Below are positions 13,926 to 27,169 of a DNA stretch of 64,000 bases, piece by piece; position 1 is the stretch's first letter, and each line of letters starts with the position of its first letter. Source of the DNA: Sphagnum compactum (Eukaryota). The translations under genes and the position numbers were made by a program. The stretch is taken from contig OZ234493.1 in assembly GCA_965153455.1 (NCBI GenBank), positions 11,026,213 to 11,090,212 of the forward strand, given 5' to 3'. The notes under the pieces were generated by a model, which worked only from the letters and a program-made list of their open reading frames with translations, did not search any database and was not told the DNA's origin.

Positions 13926-16900
13926 CTAATATCGAGCCGCACGTTTGATCAACCTGTCCTCATAATCCCCGTGCACCTTTTGAAATGGGCGTTTCTCATT
14001 GCCTCGCATTACTATCATGCCTTCTTCTGTTGGGACTGCTGATTCAAACACTTTTTCCTCAACTATCAAAGGTTTCGCAACAACGTCAAAACTCTTCCAA
14101 ATTGGCGAGTTTTCAAAGTTTCCCTTACAAAAGGCGATAAGCTTCTCATTTTTGCTGCCCAAGTATATTGTCGAAATACTGGTGAGGAGAGATATAGAGG
14201 CAGGTAGGGTGTGAAGAAATATACAATCATCAAAATCTAACCATTGCAACTTGGGCATGGCACCTTCCTCCACCTCAGGAAATTCAGCAAGCCAAGACTG
14301 CCCAAGGTTAAACAATTTAAGAGCTGGAAAGGCACCTCGACGTGTGAATGATTGCGGAAGCTTTTTGATTGACAGTCTAAGGACCAATGAACCTAGCCTA
14401 GGAAGATTATCTAAGGCAGGCAAGCATACTAAATTGGGACAATTGGTCAATGCTACATTTTCTAAATTGGGACAATCATTCAATGTTAAATTGACTAAAT
14501 GGGGACAATGATTCAATGTTAGGCTTTGTAAATTGGTAAGAAGGCTCAATCTTAAGGTCTTGAGATTTAAGAATGAATTCATCTGCGAGGTAAAGACTTT
14601 GATTTTACCGGTATGTAATGTGAGGTCTTCAAGTTCTTCCGTTGATTTCAGTTGATCAAGTGTGGAATCTGAGCCTTTATGGATAGTTAATGACCTCACA
14701 TGTGAGGTTCCATACCATGGAAATAAATTATGATTATCTATCTTTAGATTTGTAAGACTAGGTAAGACCCTTCCAAATGCTCGAGAAAGACGACAACCCA
14801 AGAGGTTAAGGGATTTAAGTCGTATCAAACCATGAAATCTGACTGGCAGATATTTCACTGCAGAACATTGATATAAGTTGAGAGTTCTCAACATTTTAAG
14901 TTTCTGTATTGACAATGGCAGTCTCTCTAAACGTACACAACTTTCAAGATCAAGGACCACCAGCATTTGTAACTCCCCTAGCGAGTAAGGAAGTTTTGTG
15001 AAGGAACAAAATCCAAGGTGAAGATAAATCAAATGCTTGAGATTGGTAAACCCTTTTGGGAAAGCTTTTAGGGACCTGCCAAAAGTTAGGTCCAAACTTA
15101 TCAGTAAACTACAGAAATAGTTCTCAACTTTGCAAAAAGTGGTTAGTCATCCATTAGGAGAAATTTTGTTCAATTTTAACAGTTCTAATCTAATTTGTGA
15201 AGTCCTTACACATAATCATTAAAAACTCTCACATAATGCAAGCTTTAGATACATCAAATGATTGTCAAGTTCGTTGGGCAAAGATTCTCACTTGTTGAAA
15301 CTTAAGTCCAAAACCTTGAGATTTTGTTGAATGCCTTTCAAGAAGCCAGTTGGCAAATCCTTCAATTGTTCATTGTGAGAAAGAAGAAGTGTCTGCATAT
15401 TGGGTGCAGATATCTTGGTAGGGAGTCTCTTCAAGTTGTTGTCATTCAGTGATAGGCGACGAACAGCAAGTGACTCCTTAGCATTTGTTCTCCACTCTTG
15501 TGGGAATTCTTCCAAATGGCGACCAGGTTGATAGAGAGCAAGTTGCTTTTTTTCATCTGCATCATGACTTTGTATAATGTGGAATGCCAAGTCTCTCAAG
15601 ACACGATGAATTTTACAACACAACTTGTTTTCAATATCAGACCCTAGTTCAATGAGTGATCGACCTATCAACAACCCCAACACATGGTAGGTATCTCCTT
15701 CAGGATCATCTCGAAAGTCTCCTGGAACCAACCCTTCTGCAACCCAATATTGAAACAACCTGTCTTGCTCCAACAATTCATCTTCACGAAATGCTGCAAA
15801 GTAAAGAAAACATTCCTTGGCATTGGCATGATCAGCATTCTCTAGATCATCGTAGCTAGTCTTTAGGCAATCAAACAACTGCTTTTCCACATCTTGATGT
15901 GTCATGCGTGATTCCTGTAGCTTTTTAAGTTCTCGCTCCCACTCTCCAGGCGACTTCTTGCCAATCATCACTCCACCTATCACTTTAAGAGCCAAGGGAA
16001 GACCTTGACATTCCTCAACTACTAAATGGGCCAATCCCTCTACTCCAGGGGGAATGTTATTTTGGCCAAATGCATGCACACAAAACAACCTCCAACTATC
16101 TTCTTCTGAAAGCTTGTCCATGGGTAATTTTGTTGCTTCTGTTACTCCTGCTGTCAGTAATACACCTTCCTTTCTACTAGTCCATAGTGTAACACTACCA
16201 GGTCCTTTAGCTACGTCCAGCCATTCTATGACACCCTCTTCCCAAACATCATCTACAATGAAAAGTGCCCTCCTACTTGAAAACTCCTGGTACAATATAT
16301 CCCTGTAATGAGTTTGACTCAAGGTGTTGAGCTGTACAAGATTTGGACACAATTTCTCACTCAAAGTTCGATAGAGTGACCTGATGTCAGGATCTTTTCC
16401 AACAGTCAGCCAAATGATATTTGCATTTCCAAAATGTTGTTGCACCTCCATGCTATTGTGGACTTTTCGAGCAAGAAGTGTTTTCCCCACCCCACCTTTG
16501 CCCCAAACTCCAACAGAATGAGGATCTGGACCACACTGTCTTGAGAGTAACAATTGTTGCAGCGTCCCAATAGACTCGTCCAAACCAAAGACAAGCTGAG
16601 GCACATGTAACTTTGGCGAAGGTTGTTGAGGGTCAATCGTTGCCAAAGTCTCCATCGCATTGTCATGGTCATCAGATGCCTTCAAATTTTGCAAAGCAGT
16701 TATGATTGCAACAGTTGCTTCCTCAGGTTTCAACGCCTTACCAATAGATGGCTTGAAACATTGTCGTGTAACATCCTCCAATTGTCGTGCGACATTCGGC
16801 AATTGTCGAGTGACAATCGACAATTGGTTCTCCACAGATTGCAGTGCATGTTGAGTGTCTTTGGTCGCATTTTCGACTTTTACCGATATAGACAAAGCCA

Positions 16901-17285
16901 AATCCACCCCAACCAGAGGTGCTTGTTGCAAGAGCGCCTCCACACTCTCCGTTAATTTGTTAATTTCTTTGGCTGCACGATGTGTAGACCAAGGAGCTGC
17001 GAATCTTGGATGTTGCTCATTGGACTTATTCAATGTTGTCTCTGCGGCCTTCAATCGTTCCTCAAGTTCAGTCAACCATTTCTCCACCAAGCTCACATTC
17101 GAACTCAGATTAGGGGCCTGGTTTGCTATGTGTTGTAGAAGAGGCTGTAATCTCAAGAGGAGAGCACTTAATTTTGTACAACTCTTGTCATACTTCAAGG
17201 TAATTTCTACAGCATCAATCACTCGTTTTAATAGGGGTTGCAACTGCCCAAGAATCCCAAAAACTAACCCAGGCTCTATCAACAT
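13926..17285 (-). CDS. RPW8-like CC-NB-ARC-LRR immune receptor, copy 1. Exons 17285-15292 and 15108-13926, about 1058 aa; C-terminus shortened by a frameshift
   Basis: N-terminal four-helix RPW8-like domain; P-loop GKGGVGKT; kinase-2 LFIVDDVW; RNBS-B GSVTLWTSR; RNBS-C LSEEDSWRLF; CQGLPLALKVIG; RNBS-D CFLYFAAFRED; MHD position is IHR; LxxLxLxxC LRRs. Phase-2 intron AA|GTGAGA...TGTAG|T joins the two ORFs in frame. Confidence 0.93.
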
Positions 17286-17392
17286 TTTGGATCACACTTT
17301 TGCACTCTCGTGACATTGAAAAAACTAGGTAAAATCTCTCGCTCAATCACTAAATCCTTCCTCTCAACTTTGAACCTTTGCTCTAGTATAGT

Positions 17393-20300
17393 GACCATGA
17401 AACCTCTAACAAAATGTCCATCAGCAACATTTTGCTCAGCCAAGGAAATGACTTTGTGTTCAGTTTAATCATTTCCTTCAATATCCGTGTTCATCTAATG
17501 ACAAAACAGTGAACAAAAACAAGCCAAATCAACACTCAACAGAAAGAAGGTAGACGTTCATATGCCAAAAAACTTGACCTTTCATGCTGATCTTGAAAAG
17601 CCACAAAATTCCTTCCGGTAGTCTACTCCCGACCAAGAATTTGGGGGAGATGAACAAAGCTAAAAGAGATTCGAGACTCCCCCAAGTTTGACTAATGACA
17701 TTCCTGCAACTTCACCCCTCCAACGAACTGTCTCAAGCCTCTTCTCTACTGAACCAAAAAAGAAAAAAGAAAAGTAGAAGCTTAAAGCAATTCCTGATGA
17801 CGGTGTGTTGTTGTAGTTTAGTGTCTAATCCTTGGCATTCCACCCCCACAACCCCTGAACAGACAGATGGTGGTGGTCTGAATAGGTCCTGGCAATATAT
17901 AATGGGCCAGACAGAACCAGCACCGATGGAGAACTCTGTGCGCAGCGTTCTGTAATTTGTAATCCCAGTAAAGCACCTTCCTTGAAAGTTTGTGAACCGC
18001 GTATATCATTCACATAAGTGATTTTGATGTCCATTCACCAAACTCTTCACCTAACCCCTGTAATTTCCTAGGTGATACAAGGGAAAAGTATTAAATCCGC
18101 CAAAGGTCTTGAATGGCAGCAGTACAGAAGTATTGCTGCAATTTTTTTACTCGAACTGGCCCATTTTGCAGGATTCTCTTTTCACCTTTCACTCGGAACA
18201 CAGGTTTTGTGTCCATCTTATTTATTTGCTAGATATGTTATGGATATTATATACCCTTAGTGGGTACCCATAATATATATACACCCAGTATCCATCACAT
18301 GGCAGATTATGGGAAAAGAAATTGTCTGGGCATGACCCGATTTTTTGGGGAAAATATTAATAGGGCCAAAGGGTAGACAGGGCAGAAAAGAATGCAGCAG
18401 TAGTTGTGAAAGACCTTTGGCCGACTAAATATTTTTCTGACCTTTGGACTGGGACAAGTCCTTGTTTACTGGTTTCACTTTTGGTTGTGCAAGTTGTGGT
18501 CTGATTCATGTATTAGATGATTCCACTTTCAATTGTGACGGTTCCATTAGTGATGGGATCATTGCTCCAGGACACCAGTTACTCGTTCCAAGAGGGCCTG
18601 GTAGAACCAGTTACCAACTGACACAACCTCTTCCTGCCATCCCAGCTTTGATGCATTCCTAGGTGGAATGTGCCCTACCAAGTCCATTTCATAGGCATGT
18701 GTTGAAGGAGCCTTTCACCTAGTTGCAAGAGTGAAAATTTGGTAGTTTGTTGTGTGTTTACGTGCTTTTCTCTCGTCGGAGAAAGTTTTAAGAAGTGCCC
18801 TCCTCCTTACTATAAAAACATTTTTTTAGTTTTTTCACACACTCGTGCTTATCTGTAACTTCGACGCGTGTGGTTCATAGGTTTAGGTTTTAGTGTAACA
18901 AAATAGGTTTGAAACATAAATTCAAAGTGCAAAGAAAAGTGAAAAGAATGCATAAAAAACACATCTGACCCTTTCAAATTGCATAGCTTGTAGTGCAAGC
19001 TTCAAGTGATAATTCTGACACCATCATAACTTGGCCATCATGTCTGCTGATGTCTAAGACATGTCAGTTTTCAGAAAATTAATTGGCAGAGTCTTGATGA
19101 ACCTGCTACGAAGCATCTTTTAGAATATTTTATAATATTTTATTTGTCAAAATGGAAATTTCAAAATTAGAGAATTATTTGGCAGAGTCTTGATGAACCT
19201 GCTATTCAACTACGGTATATAAATTGTGGGCGGTGGCCTCCAATAAGTAAGACAATTGGTCAGTTTTGACGCGTATATGCAGGCACATAAATAGCCACCC
19301 ACCACCGCTTACACTCCGCTTCCAACATGCTTCTCAATCTTCACCTACTCCAACTTGAACTTTCTGCAGTACCTTTCTCATCACTTCTTTCAAAGCATTT
19401 TCACCACACATCTGTAAAATATTTTTATTGGCAAGGATACTATGTTTAGATTCATATAGAGTATAGTAGCTTAAGGGATTTTGGCCCCTAGGTGATAGGT
19501 CTATTTTTACATGAGGATTTTTGAAAGATGATATTTTCGCTTGTGTTGAAACTTGAAATTAGTTATAGAGTTATAACAGCTTGAAGGATCTTGGTTTTTT
19601 TAAAGGATTCTTTGAAGATATATTTTTGCATGGTGAAATATTTGAGTTTCCATAATTCTTCTTTTGCCTTAAGATGCTTTTTAATTTAAATGGCAAGGCC
19701 ACAGTGTGACACAATCCTTGTTAAATCTTGGAGCAAGATAGCGCAAATCTCCTTGCTCTCTGTTCAAAATAGCCCAAAAAATAGATTTTTGTATTGTGAA
19801 TTTGGTTAGTGACAATTATTTGTCCAAATGTACATGAGCAAATGGTCTTTCACTGGTTGAACTGACTTTCTTGATTTGTGGGGACATTGAGCATTAAACA
19901 TCAACATATTTTAATGTAAATGTGTAGAGAGAACTAACAATGTGAGGTGGAGATGCCCTCCAGCTTCTCAATCTCCACCTACTACAACTTGGAGTTTTGG
20001 ACTTTCTTTCTGCAAAGTTTGGCAGGGTTTCATCATCATTTTGGACTTCCAGGATGGCCTTTCCCACCAGGTCTTCCTTCAGGCTTTTCTCACCCAACTT
20101 GAGAAATTTCCTAGTGGATTGGAATGCACCTCATTTCTCTGGACTTTCTGCATGATTTGGGCCCCTAAAGCACTCTGAGAAATTTCCTAGTGTACTTGGA
20201 AGGCACCCTATTTCTCAGTGCACCTAGTCTTCGGCTCCTTAATGCGAGAATATCACCACTTTGGGGCTTTACCCTACACTTTCCGATCAGACCGACACGA

Positions 20301-20850
20301 GGTTGTTGGACATCTCATCAAATGTATGGCCAGAATTAGCCCATCAACAACTCCAAGGGCAAAGCTGGGCTGTCAGTTACCGATGTCTCCTTTTGTATTT
20401 TCAATCCGAAACGAGTAGTATGCTGTGTACTTGATGGCTCCTCTTTTTGAAAACATAAACTAACACCACCAAGCAAGTGTAAATAGGATCACAATTGCTC
20501 TCTCCTGAAGGCATCAAGGTTACTATATAAGAGCCATCAGGATTCCTAACTTGAGCCTGGTACTAACCATGTACTACATGGCCACAGTGGCAAACACCAT
20601 GTCCCACCTATGCCATTAAGTCAGAAAGAGGTTTTCTCCAATTTTTAAAATTTTAGGTAATTAAGGACTGAAGTTTATGGGGATTTTGGAATTTTGCAGA
20701 TCTAAGTAGGCTGTTGAGCTGGAAAAAAATAATTAGTTTGATTCTGGATTCCAGTTAAGGGTTTGTCTCCTATAACATATCCCCAATCCCGCACACCTTG
20801 ACTCCAGTGTCTTACCCTCTCTGATTTTGCGTTGATCCTTGAAACCATAG
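17393..20850 (-). repeat. NLR-upstream module U1 (promoter/5' region plus decayed transposase-like sequence)
   Basis: Homologous to 43381-46804 (U3), 20870-23555 (U2) and 53507-57277 plus 63260-63540 (U4). Confidence 0.85.
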
Positions 20851-20869
20851 GGTAAGCTGGCCCAAAGCT

Positions 20870-23555
20870 GGGAGATGATCAAAGCTAAAAGACAACTTCA
20901 CCCCTCCGGTGAACTGTCTCAAGTCTCTTATCGACTGAAAAAGAAAAAGAACTAGAATCTCAAAGCAATTCCTGATGAAGGTGTTGTTGTAGTCTAGTGT
21001 CTACTCCTTGGCCTTCCAAGGTCCACCTTCACAACCCTGACAAGATAGACGTCGGTGCTCTGATTAGGTCCTGGGAAATAAATAATGGGCCAGAGTGAAC
21101 CAGCACTGATGGAGAACTCTGTACGCATCGTTCTGTAATTTGTCTCCCAAGTTAAGCACCTTCCTTGAAGGTTTGGAAGGCGCGTATACCATATCCCCTA
21201 CCTATAGTTCATTATATTAATTCAATGGGGGTGACTCTAAAAGTTTAAGTTTTTCTTTTTGCAATGAGCCAATCACAAAATAAAAACTCAAACTATGGAG
21301 GCTCCCAAAATTAGAAGGTTCTATTTTGGTGTGTGGAGACCCTTCCTTCGGCCCACCTATATAGGTGAAAGGACAACATTTGCCAAAAGTATATGGGATT
21401 AGTGAGGTGCTATTGGGAACACGCTACAGGAACACATTGAGAACCTGATGGGAACATTGTGGGAACCCCAAAAAACTCCAAAAGAAAGAATCTGATGCCA
21501 CTTCGGTGCATGTTGTGCCATCTCATTGCTTGCATGTAACTTTTATTTTCAAAATTATTGGTCACCATTTTCAGCCTTGGCTAATACCCTTGCAAAGAAC
21601 TGTGGTATCCCCCCCCCCCCCCTCCCCCACAGGAAGGACCCTTCATTCCATGAGGCGCCTTCTCATTGGTTGCATGGAAATTCTATTCCTCAAATTGGCT
21701 TCCTAAGAACACCCTACCTATTTGGTTCGACTTTTGGTTGTGACCGCTCTACTAGTGATGGGATCAGTAGCTATTGGCTGGGGACACTGGTTTCATGTTG
21801 CAGCAGTGCCTGGTAGGACCTGTTACCAACTGACACAACCTGTTCTTGCCATACCAGCTTTGATGCATCCCTAGGTGGAATATCCATATGCATGTGGTGA
21901 AGGACCCTTTCACCTAGTTGCAAGAGTGGAAATTTCTCAATTTCTTGCGCGTTTATCAGCTTTTCACCTAGGTGCAAGAGAGGAAATTTCACAATTTCTT
22001 GCGTGTTTACATGCTTTTCACCTACTTGCAAGCGCTGAAATTTTGCAATTTCTTGTGCGTTTACACACTTTGCACCTAGTTGCAAGAGTGGGAATTTCAC
22101 AATTTCTTGAGTGTTCACACACTTTCCACCTAGTTGCAAGAGTGGAAGTTTCGCGATTGCTTGTGCATGTTCATGCTTTTCATCGGAGAATGGTTGAAGA
22201 AGTGCCCTCTTCTTACTAAGAAAACAATTTTTAGATTTTCTAAGCACTCGTGCTTATCTAAAACTTTGACACTTTTGATACATAGGTTTAGGTTTTAGTG
22301 TAGCAAAACAGGTTTGAAAAATAAACTTAAAGTGCAAAGAAAATTCTAAAATGTACAGAAGAGACATACTTTATGACTCTTTCAACTTTGATAGCTTTTA
22401 GTGCAAGCTTCAAGTGATAATTCTAACACCATAAAAAACCTGGCCATCATGACTGTAGTAGGAGGGCACCTTACATGAAAGAATCTTACATAAAAGAATT
22501 CTTTTTCTCATGGCATTTCATTTGGAAGAATTAGTTACTTTGAGCATTTTTGTGTTACATTTATTGCGTTTTAGTGTACCCTCAAATGATAAAATATCTA
22601 TCAGGAGTATTAAGTTGAGTCTTTTGAAGGGTTTAACCTTTAACACTACACTTTTAGCATCTGCCAGGCTTACTGCATTCAGAAAAACCTGCTGGTTGTT
22701 TTTCATAGTGTATCTGAAGGACGCATTACAGGGCATAAATCGCTGATGGGCTTTTTAAAAAGTGTGATGCCTGTGGAGGTGAGCATTTCATTCTTTGAAA
22801 TGGCCACCGGCTTTTAAACAAATCTCCCACACCACATCCCACAAGAAAATGAATTTGATGGCAGTTTTTATGTTGTGTAAAGCCCATGGACCATGGCTTT
22901 ACGGTAATTCAGGACCCCCTTGGCTCCCACCTTGAGGTCCCTTATTTCTGTAATGACTTTGTCCTTGGACATTATCATACACAAATTGTGACACTTTAGT
23001 GGCCTTACCTGTATTGACTGCAAGGTAGGGCCCTTAGGAGTGGGGCATTCCTGACATATGGGCCTTTTGCTGCAATGTAAGAGTCTAGCACAGGCCCAAA
23101 ATTTTGGAATGTCTCACTAATTGATAGAAGTATTATGTGAAATACCCTAGTTGAATAGCAGGTCTGGCAAAAATAATATTCTTTTTAGACATGCTGAAAT
23201 TTTCAAAAAATAATTTTCTCAATGAAATTCTGTTTTGTAAAAACATTGAGCATCTTATGGAATATTCTGTTTGTGAAAATTGAATTTTCAAAATTAAATA
23301 ATTATTTGGCAGAGTCTTGACAAACCTGCTATTCAACTACAGTATTGAAATGATATTCAACCTGCCCTTGAACACGGAAGAAAAGATGGTCAGCTTTGAT
23401 GGGTAGCCTATATGCAGGGACATACACAGCAACCCACCACCGCTCACACTCCGCTTCTTACATGCTTCTCAATGTTCACCTACTCCAACTTGGACTTTCT
23501 ACGGGACCTTTCCCATCACTTCTTTCAAAGCATTTTAGCACACATTGGTAAAGAT
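20870..23555 (-). repeat. Orphan copy U2 of the NLR-upstream module
   Basis: GGGAGATGATCAAAGCTAAAA... matches 17645 and 53762. Closest to U4, sharing the 54-bp array and the 21190-21720 insert. Confidence 0.85.
21905..22185. repeat. 54-bp tandem repeat, about 5 units
   Basis: TTCACCTAGTTGCAAGAGTGGAAATTTCxCAATTTCTTGxGxGTTTACAxGCTT repeated. Minus-strand ORF shows an 18-aa repeat KCVNxQEIxKFPLLQLG. Confidence 0.9.
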
Positions 23556-26500
23556 TAGAGTCAAATCCAACCATGTATTAAAGTCCCATTCTATTCAATT
23601 CTACCCTGATTTAACATACTTTTTAGAATCATGGTCTAATCACAAGAGGTGGAAGCTTGTAAGGCCTGCCAAAGCAAACACTATTAAGTTGTTGAAGGCT
23701 TGGGCCAGGAGGCAACAAGTAGCCATGAATCCCAATGTGCCTTGTAAGTGTAGATTTAGTGTGCCAAAACCATCAACTACAAATAAAGAAAAAGTCCAAC
23801 ATACAATAGCAAACACACATCAAATAGCTAGGGCTAATAGAATTCTTGTGAAAGTTGTAAGAAGAAAGTGGACATATTAAGCATTACAGAAAGCAATGGA
23901 GGTAGTGGAAAAGGGAACAAGCACAATGAGAAAGGCAAGTAGGAATTGGGGTATACCATTGTTTTTTCTTGGAAATCATTTGAATGGTAGAATAAATAGC
24001 AGAAGGATTAGATTTGGAGTGGTACTATCAGATGAAGAAAATGTTGCCATTGTCCGGTGGGTACTCACAATGCAAGAAGTGGGCTTGCCTATCACCTTGC
24101 AACAATTAAAGATGAAAATGGTTGAACTCACACAAACTAGACCTGTTCTGTTCTACTATGGAATACTTGGTGCTAGTTTGTGCTATTGGTTCAAACATTC
24201 CCACCTTGAATCCAACATCAGGCAAGCTAAAAGGTTGGAGGTTTGCAAAGCCCATGGCTTGACCAATAGTGCTTGCCAAACGTCTTACACCAATTTGCAA
24301 CTACTATACACTAAGCACAATTACAGCACAAATCACATTTGGAACTTTAATGATACTAGAACTCAAGCAAGGAAGCAAAGCAAATTTAGCACGTTAACCA
24401 ATTGAGGATCCCAACAAGTATACAACAAGATTCCAAAATTTAGAAAATGATGAACAATCTATTATGGTGGGGGGTTTATATTAACATTTTACATATTCAA
24501 GGGAGAAAAATTGTGTGATAATTACATCCAATACTACAAACCCTGCAACTTATGTGAATGCTTGCAAAGCTTGGATGACTTCAACCTCATGTAAAGGAAT
24601 TCCTTTAATTCTCAAGAGGTTAGTACCAGGGGGGGCAGGACTTCTCAATCTAATTATCATCTTTTAATCTTAAATGGGCATGGTTCTCATGTCTCATTGG
24701 AGGCTATAGAACATGCCCAAAAATTCGGCTTGGATATGCTTACACTACCTAACCACTCTTCTCACAATTTATAATTGTTGGATATATCATGCTTTAACCA
24801 TTCAAGACTACATTCAGAAAAGAGAGTGATGGGGCAACGGCAAAGAACAATTATCTAGAATGCAACAAAATCATACTTGTAGGTTGGATGTACAAAATAT
24901 TAGATCAAACATTGAATAAGAGGACCTTCATATGAGGATTTAGGGCTATTGGAATTTGGCCTTTTAACCACAAAACTGTGGATGCAAAGACCCAACCTAG
25001 AGATATATACATCACAAAGCCATACAAGGCATTTGACCAAGAACAAAACAATTCAAATGATGTAGATTTGAAGATACAACACAAGGAAAGGATGATATTG
25101 TTGCGACAAAATTTTTGAACATAACAACAACTATTGAAGCTACAAAGTTTGAGCTTCTTGCTTAGTACCAATCAAAACCAAAATATTGTTTTTATGTTGA
25201 CGTGCCTAGGAGCCTTGGTGAGGAATAGTTGGAACATGAAACCATCAACCTAGAGTTTAACCCTTGACTTTTAAGCAACAAGATGAGCAGTACAATCCAA
25301 CAATAGAAACCAAGGAAGCTTCGAGGATGTACAACTTGTTTTCACCACCCCACCTTACAAGGAAAACCCAAGGGAAGGCACCATTAATTGACTATAGTTA
25401 ATTTCATGTGATCACCTTGGATGAATATTTGGACATTTTACAAAGGAAGATAATTGAAAAGGAAAATGTAGTGAAAAGTACAGAATCAAAACGTAAGGAA
25501 AGGGAAGAGAAGCAAAATAAGAGGATTATTGATGAAGGGATTATAATTGATCAAGCAAAACAAAGGTCAAGAGAGAAACATGCAAAGGTTGAATTTATAG
25601 ATCCCAAGTCTTTAATTGTAGTTGTGAGATGTAGGAGACTAAAAACAAGAGGATTATAATGACCAAGAACAAGACGAATGCAAGATTGGGTGGCTCGCTT
25701 TTTATGTCCCTTTGGAATTTTTTGCAAGGTGTAATGAATTAACATTCCATTAACATGCCATAAAACCATTTATATGCCAAATCGGGACTTGGTTTAAGTT
25801 TCTCAACTTTAATAAAAAATAATTTATAATAGTTTGTGCACAATAAATGTGCACCCATTATGTACTAATGGACTTTTGAAGTGAATATATATATATGGAC
25901 TATCCCAACCATCTACACTCCCCATACACATGAAATTCTCCATATCATTTTTTGAAAATATATCTCATAAGGACCTAATATTTGATAGATGAAAGAAAAA
26001 CAAACATAGATTTGAAAACTTCATTATAAAAGCTTTAGCCAAAATATAGTTATGGACTTTTGAATGACAAAAAGTTTGACCTTATTTTCAAAAGTCTTTA
26101 CATGGGTCAATTTTTGTTGGATTGATCATTTTTTTTCCCTTGTAACATGTGTGTCAAGATGTCTATGTGGGTATATTTTCACATGAATTTTATTAGCTCA
26201 TTAAACAACATGTAGTCCCCCCCCTTTATGTTAATTCGACACAAAACAAAAGACTTTTATGGACTTCTTATTTGTCGAAAATGAACCACTTAACATTGCA
26301 TCTATTCAATAGGAGGAGCAGGGGGGAAGAAGCAGAACTTCTGCCTGCTGCTGAAGAGATGGATCAAGAACACATGAAAAGGAATGCAACAATGATGAAC
26401 AACGGGGGAAGCTAAAAACAAAAGGATCATGACATGACCATGAACAAAAAGAACGAGGGAAATGTGGAATTGCTATATGATCACTCCTAGATTGCAATGA

Positions 26501-26840
26501 ACCTAAGCACCACACTTAGTGTTGTTTAAGAAAGAATGAACTACACACAAAAAAGATGGCATTGAAAACCAATAACATCAAAAGAATAACACCAAAAACT
26601 ATTTAAGCTAGAATTACTATTTGAAAAAAAGGACCAAGAACATGAAGAGGAATTGGATGAACATGAAACCTAGCTTGAAAATTGCTACTACTACTTGAAA
26701 GAAAAACCAACAACATGAAGAAAATTACAATGAACACAAAATGAGAATGATTGTTGGTGATCATTGTGCATTTGTCCATTCACATTTTAAGTTTAGGCAA
26801 CACCCTAGATTACCCACAATTTTAGATGGGGTATCCCATT
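23556..26840 (+). mobile_element. Decayed pogo-type (Tc1/mariner superfamily, DDE_1) transposon body
   Basis: HTH_psq-like EVVEKGTSTMRKASRNWGIP; CENP-B-type HTH VLSDEENVAIVRWVLTMQEVGLPITLQQLK; DDE_1 relics HIWNFND and HLLILNGHGSHVSLEAIEHA...LDMLTLPNHSSH. Many stops and frameshifts. Confidence 0.88.
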
Positions 26841-27169
26841 CAAACAAATTTTGCTACCTTTTGATATTTTCATATCTTTTTAATACATTTTTGAACATTG
26901 GTCTTGGTCACTAGTTATGTGTCACCCTCTTTATGCATTTCATAACTTGTAGGCTTGGCGCTTTCATACAATTGGTTATGTCCGAAACCCTTAGCGCTCT
27001 TGCTAATTACTTAGTACATGCTTTGATATAATTGGTTATGTCTAGTAACACTATAGGTCTTGCTAATTACCTAGTCCATGTTTGCATGAATATTTTAGTA
27101 ATGAATATCATTTTCATTCTAGTGGTGTTTGGTGTTCAACTAGTGTTTGCTTTGAATTAAATTCATTAA

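Noticed and set aside
15109-15291. NB-ARC and LRR ORFs as separate genes or a nonsense-disrupted gene
   Set aside because: A canonical GT-AG phase-2 intron joins them in frame in both copies.
13999-17313. Plus-strand ORFs within the NLR (and equivalents at 40073-43175)
   Set aside because: Antisense shadows of the NLR coding sequence.
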